Shown here: positions 63,848 through 64,000 of the stretch, in pieces | How the letters are laid out: every line of letters begins with the position of its first letter | Position numbering within the stretch: position 1 is the stretch's first letter | Assembly (NCBI GenBank): GCA_035221665.1 | Contig: CM069149.1 | Span: forward strand, 40,424,001 to 40,488,000 | Length of the DNA stretch: 64,000 nt | Direction of reading: 5' to 3' | DNA from: Okamejei kenojei | Lineage: Eukaryota | Translations under genes and position numbers: made by a program | The notes under the pieces: generated by a model | Database searches by the model: none | Seen by the model: the letters and a program-made list of their open reading frames with translations, nothing else | What the model was told of the DNA's origin: nothing

Positions 63848-64000
63848 AGGAGCAGGGAGGTTCCACTTCAGTTGTACAGGGTCTTGGTGAGACCACACCT
63901 GGAGTATTGCGTACAGTTTTGGTCTCCAAATCTGAGGAAGGACATTATTGCCATAGAGGGAGTACAGAGAAGGTTCACCAGACTGATTCCTGGGATGTCA
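63848..64000 (+). mobile_element. CR1-type LINE fragment (runs off window)
   Basis: [42 protein letters not shown]. Confidence 0.88.

Overview
Repeat-rich vertebrate genomic DNA, almost certainly a cartilaginous fish (skate/ray-type V-SINE, CR1/HER1 and Penelope repeats; species is inference). Two spliced genes on the + strand were rebuilt by hand from GT-AG boundaries and codon phase. (1) An intact V-ATPase accessory subunit S1 (ATP6AP1/Ac45)-family gene: exons 2-10 at 3382-34945, 1258 nt of in-frame CDS, exon 1 not found in the window. It is divergent and may be a paralog rather than the canonical ortholog. (2) An SLC13A1-like Na+/sulfate cotransporter from ATG 48835 that runs off the window after exon 8 and looks disabled: a +1 insertion in exon 2, no recognisable exon 3 and a forced premature stop. 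The rest is mostly mobile DNA: Penelope-like elements whose terminal repeats carry minimal hammerhead ribozyme cores (about 20 copies, several as TSD-flanked fold-back elements, one just after the Ac45-like stop codon), a deleted hAT transposon with a zinc-finger ORF, a non-autonomous Helitron, hAT and PIF/Harbinger MITEs, Rex1/Babar and CR1 LINE fragments, and many tRNA-derived SINEs. Most ORFs in the supplied track are repeat-derived or spurious. Comparisons to human proteins are from memory, not from a search.
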